From a virus (Duplodnaviria > Heunggongvirae > Uroviricota > Caudoviricetes), in the IMG/VR virus record IMGVR_UViG_2681813268_000007: a DNA stretch of 10,234 bases; one strand, 5' to 3'. Below the pieces are notes generated by a model, which worked only from the letters and a program-made list of their open reading frames with translations, was not told the origin of the DNA and did no database searches. Each line of letters opens with the position of its first letter. Within the stretch, counting starts at the first letter, position 1. A program made the translations under genes and the position numbers. Positions 7,096-10,234 of the stretch are shown here, piece by piece.

Positions 7096-8825
7096 GCCGG
7101 AAATCTTACCCCAACGTAAATGCTGCAAATCAGTATGCCCGGGATGTCGTGCGCGGAAAGATTGTTGCCTGCCAGTTTGTGATTCAGGCCTGCCAGCGCC
7201 ATCTTGATGACCTGATGGCGGAAAAAAGTAAGTCGTTTCGTTACCGCTTCGACAAGGACCTGGCTGAACGGGCCGCGAAATTTATTCAGCTGTTGCCGCA
7301 CACCAAGGGGGAGTGGGCATTCAAACGGATGCCCATCACGCTGGAGCCGTGGCAGCTATTTGTGATCTGCTGTGCGTTTGGCTGGGTCAATAAAGGCACC
7401 CGGTTGCGCCGCTTCCGGGAGGTGTACACCGAAATCCCCCGTAAGAACGGCAAATCAGCAATCTCTGCCGGTGTTGCCCTGTATTGTTTTGCCTGTGATA
7501 ACGAGTTTGGCGCGGAAGTGTATTCCGGTGCCACGACAGAGAAACAGGCGTGGGAAGTCTTTCGCCCGGCGCGACTGATGTGTAAACGCACACCCATGCT
7601 GACGGAAGCGTTCGGGATTGAGGTTAACGCCTCAAACATGAACCGTCCGGAGGATGGCGCGCGGTTTGAACCGCTGATCGGCAACCCAGGTGATGGTTCA
7701 TCACCCCACTGTGCCGTGGTTGATGAATATCACGAGCATGCCACCGATGCGCTTTATACCACAATGCTTACCGGGATGGGGGCGCGACGTCAGCCACTGA
7801 TGTGGGCCATCACCACCGCCGGGTACAACATTGAGGGGCCGTGCTACGACAAGCGGCGGGAAGTCATCGAGATGCTCAACGGCTCGGTGCCTAACGATGA
7901 ACTGTTCGGGATCATCTATACCGTTGATGAAGGTGACGACTGGACCGGCCCGCAGGTGCTGGAAAAAGCCAATCCAAATATTGGCGTGTCGGTTTATCGC
8001 GAATTTTTGTTAAGTCAGCAGCAGCGTGCGAAAAATAACGCCCGTCTGGCAAACGTCTTTAAAACAAAACACCTCAATATCTGGGTGTCGGCGCGTTCGG
8101 CGTATTTCAACTTGGTGAGCTGGCAGAGCTGCGAGGATAAATCACTGACCCTTGAGCAGTTCGAGGGGCAGCCGTGCATTCTGGCCTTTGACCTGGCGCG
8201 TAAGCTGGATATGAACAGCATGGCGCGACTTTATACCCGCGAGATTGACGGTAAAACGCATTACTACAGTGTGGCCCCGCGTTTCTGGGTACCGTATGAC
8301 ACGGTGTACAGCGTCGAGAAAAATGAAGATCGACGGACAGCCGAACGCTTTCAGAAATGGGTGGAAATGGGCGTTCTGGCCGTTACCGATGGTGCGGAGG
8401 TGGATTATCGCTACATCCTCGAGGAGGCCAAAGCGGCGAACAAAATCAGCCCGGTCAGTGAGTCACCCATCGACCCCTTCGGGGCGACCGGGTTGTCACA
8501 TGACCTTGCTGATGAAGACCTGAATCCCGTCACTATCGTCCAGAACTTCACCAATATGTCCGATCCGATGAAAGAGCTGGAAGCAGCGATTGAATCGGGA
8601 CGTTTTCATCATGACGGCAATCCCATCATGACCTGGTGTATCGGCAACGTGGTCGGCAAAAACATGCCGGGTAACGATGATGTGGTGAAACCCGTCAAAG
8701 AGCAGGCGGAAAACAAAATCGATGGTGCAGTTGCGCTGATTATGGCGGTTGGCAGAGCCATGCTGTACGAGAAAGAAGACACGCTGTCTGACCACATTGA
8801 GTCCTACGGGATCCGCTCGCTTTAA
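7092..8825 (+). CDS. terminase large subunit (ATPase plus nuclease), 577 aa
   Basis: Long ORF with Walker-A-like motif (PRKNGKS), acidic nuclease-type motifs downstream; coupled to terS. Confidence 0.9.
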   Translation: MSRKSYPNVNAANQYARDVVRGKIVACQFVIQACQRHLDDLMAEKSKSFRYRFDKDLAERAAKFIQLLPHTKGEWAFKRMPITLEPWQLFVICCAFGWVNKGTRLRRFREVYTEIPRKNGKSAISAGVALYCFACDNEFGAEVYSGATTEKQAWEVFRPARLMCKRTPMLTEAFGIEVNASNMNRPEDGARFEPLIGNPGDGSSPHCAVVDEYHEHATDALYTTMLTGMGARRQPLMWAITTAGYNIEGPCYDKRREVIEMLNGSVPNDELFGIIYTVDEGDDWTGPQVLEKANPNIGVSVYREFLLSQQQRAKNNARLANVFKTKHLNIWVSARSAYFNLVSWQSCEDKSLTLEQFEGQPCILAFDLARKLDMNSMARLYTREIDGKTHYYSVAPRFWVPYDTVYSVEKNEDRRTAERFQKWVEMGVLAVTDGAEVDYRYILEEAKAANKISPVSESPIDPFGATGLSHDLADEDLNPVTIVQNFTNMSDPMKELEAAIESGRFHHDGNPIMTWCIGNVVGKNMPGNDDVVKPVKEQAENKIDGAVALIMAVGRAMLYEKEDTLSDHIESYGIRSL

Positions 8826-8836
8826 CTGAGGTAATT

Positions 8837-9019
8837 ATGATCATGCTGATTCTCGCGCCTCTGGTGGGCGTGCTGGGTGCGCTTTTGCTGGCGTATGGTG
8901 CCTGGCTGATTTATCCCCCGGCGGGTTTTGTTGTTGCCGGGGCGCTGTGCCTGTTCTGGTCGTGGCTGGTGGCGCGATATCTCGACCGTACACGGCAGTC
9001 TGTCGGCGGAGGTAAATAG
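8837..9019 (+). CDS. small hydrophobic protein (60 aa, two predicted TM helices), unknown function
   Basis: ATG at 8837 with GAGGT 4 nt upstream; product [26 protein letters not shown]...[14 protein letters not shown] is strongly hydrophobic; its stop abuts the GTG I take as portal start. Confidence 0.45.
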   Translation: MIMLILAPLVGVLGALLLAYGAWLIYPPAGFVVAGALCLFWSWLVARYLDRTRQSVGGGK

Positions 9020-10175
9020 TGTTCTTTTCGGGATTATTTCAACGAAAAAGCGATGTGCCGGTGACCACGCCAGCAGAACTGCTGATGCTATCGGGCTGTC
9101 ATACGACACCTATACCGGAAAGCGGATCAGTAGCCAGCGGGCCATGCGCCTGACGGCGGTCTATTCTTGCGTCAGGGTGCTGGCAGAGTCTGTTGGTATG
9201 CTGCCCTGCAGTCTCTACAAAATCAGCGGTACCCTGAAAACACGGGCGGTGGATGAACGACTGCATAAGTTGGTTTCGGCAAAACCTAATGGCTACATGA
9301 CACCGCAGGAATTCTGGGAGCTGGTTATTGTCTGCCTGTGTCTACGGGGGAATTTTTACGCCTACAAGGTAAAGGCACTGGGAGAAGTGGTGGAGCTTCT
9401 TCCGATAGATCCGGGCTGTGTGGAACCGAAGCTGAACAGCCAGTGGCAGCCGGTTTATCAGGTGACGTTTCCGGATGGTTCCGTGGATGTGTTGACCCAG
9501 AATGAAATCTGGCATGTGCGCACCCTGACGCTGGATGGACTTGTCGGGCTGAATCCCATTGCGTATGCGCGTGAGGCCATTTCACTGGCAGCGGCAACCG
9601 AGGAGCACGGTGCCAGGTTGTTTAGTAATGGTGCGGTGACATCCGGTGTGTTGCGTACGGAACAAAAGCTCACGCCGGATGCTTACGAGCGTCTGAAGAA
9701 AGATTTTGAGGAGTGTCACACGGGGCTTGGCAATGCTCACCGCCCGATGATTCTGGAAATGGGGCTGGACTGGAAGTCGATGGCGCTGAACGCCGAGGAC
9801 AGTCAGTTCCTGGAAACCCGCAAGTTTCAGCTGGAAGAAATCTGTCGTCTGTTCCGGGTGCCGTTGCACATGGTGCAGAACACCGATCGCGCCACCTTCA
9901 ACAATATCGAAGAGCTGGGGCTGGGATTTATCAACTATTCACTGGTGCCGTATCTGACCCGCATCGAACAGCGGATCAACACCGGACTGGTACGAAAAAG
10001 TAAGCAGGGCGTTTATTACGCCAAATTTAACGCCGGGGCGTTACTGCGCGGGGATATGAAGTCCCGTTTTGAAGCCTACGCCACCGGGATCAACTGGGGA
10101 ATTTACTCTTCCAATGACTGCCGCGACCTGGAAGATATGAATCCGCGTCCCGGTGGTGTAATGCCGATCAGTTAA
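9019..10175 (+). CDS. portal protein (HK97 family), with apparent frame disruption near 9079-9150: N-terminal 44 codons (GTG 9019 to stop 9153) in one frame, remainder (to 10175) in the adjacent frame; first in-frame ATG of the main frame is 9144
   Basis: Main frame contains the portal-like motif RAMRLTAVYSCVRVLAESVGMLP close to any possible N-terminus; GTG at 9019 has GGAGGT 5 nt upstream and encodes MFFSGLFQRKSDVPVTTPAEL; the span is not a multiple of 3. Confidence 0.7.
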
Positions 10176-10210
10176 GGATCAGTTGACCGATCCAGTGGCT
10201 GTGTAAGAAT

Positions 10211-10234
10211 CCGGAAACGCTCACTTGTTTCCGG
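10211..10234 (+). other. perfect 8-bp inverted repeat hairpin (CCGGAAAC / GTTTCCGG) after portal stop; context cut by window end
   Basis: Direct inspection. Confidence 0.4.

Noticed and set aside
6379-7684. Minus-strand ORFs of 134, 70, 146 and 132 aa over HNH, terS and terL
   Set aside because: Antisense shadows of GC-rich coding sequence; no independent support.
8928-9018. TTG-initiated N-terminal extension of the 415-aa ORF ([24 protein letters not shown]...) as the portal start
   Set aside because: Lies inside the 60-aa membrane ORF in another frame, has no RBS, uses a TTG start, and its Cys/Trp/Arg-rich composition is typical of out-of-frame translation; the portal N-terminus is better explained by GTG 9019 plus a frameshift.

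Overview
This window reads as the late-region segment of a mosaic lambdoid prophage in an IS-rich enterobacterial genome (E. coli/Shigella type). I found no convincing novel defence or toxin system; the notable points are structural (IS insertions, a duplicated tRNA block across an N gap, a likely frameshifted portal gene). Gene order on the + strand: edge of an IS1 (1-104, insA start on the minus strand); an AT-rich 70-aa ORF; nin-region genes (DUF1367-like, YbcO-like); a Q-like antiterminator; an intrinsic terminator; a four-tRNA array (Ile2-CAU, Arg-UCU, Thr-UGU, Gly-UCC); an IS600-like IS3-family element (1264 bp, minus orientation); an 11-N gap; an exact second copy of the 396-bp tRNA block; about 680 bp of apparently non-coding DNA ending in a strong terminator; a phage-21-type lysis cassette (pinholin S, SAR endolysin R, Rz with embedded Rz1); an HNH endonuclease; a GC-rich hairpin; HK97-type small and large terminase subunits; a small membrane ORF; and a portal gene. 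No stx genes and no CRISPR array are present. All calls rest on reading the sequence and on recalled family signatures; no database search was run, so family names are hedged.
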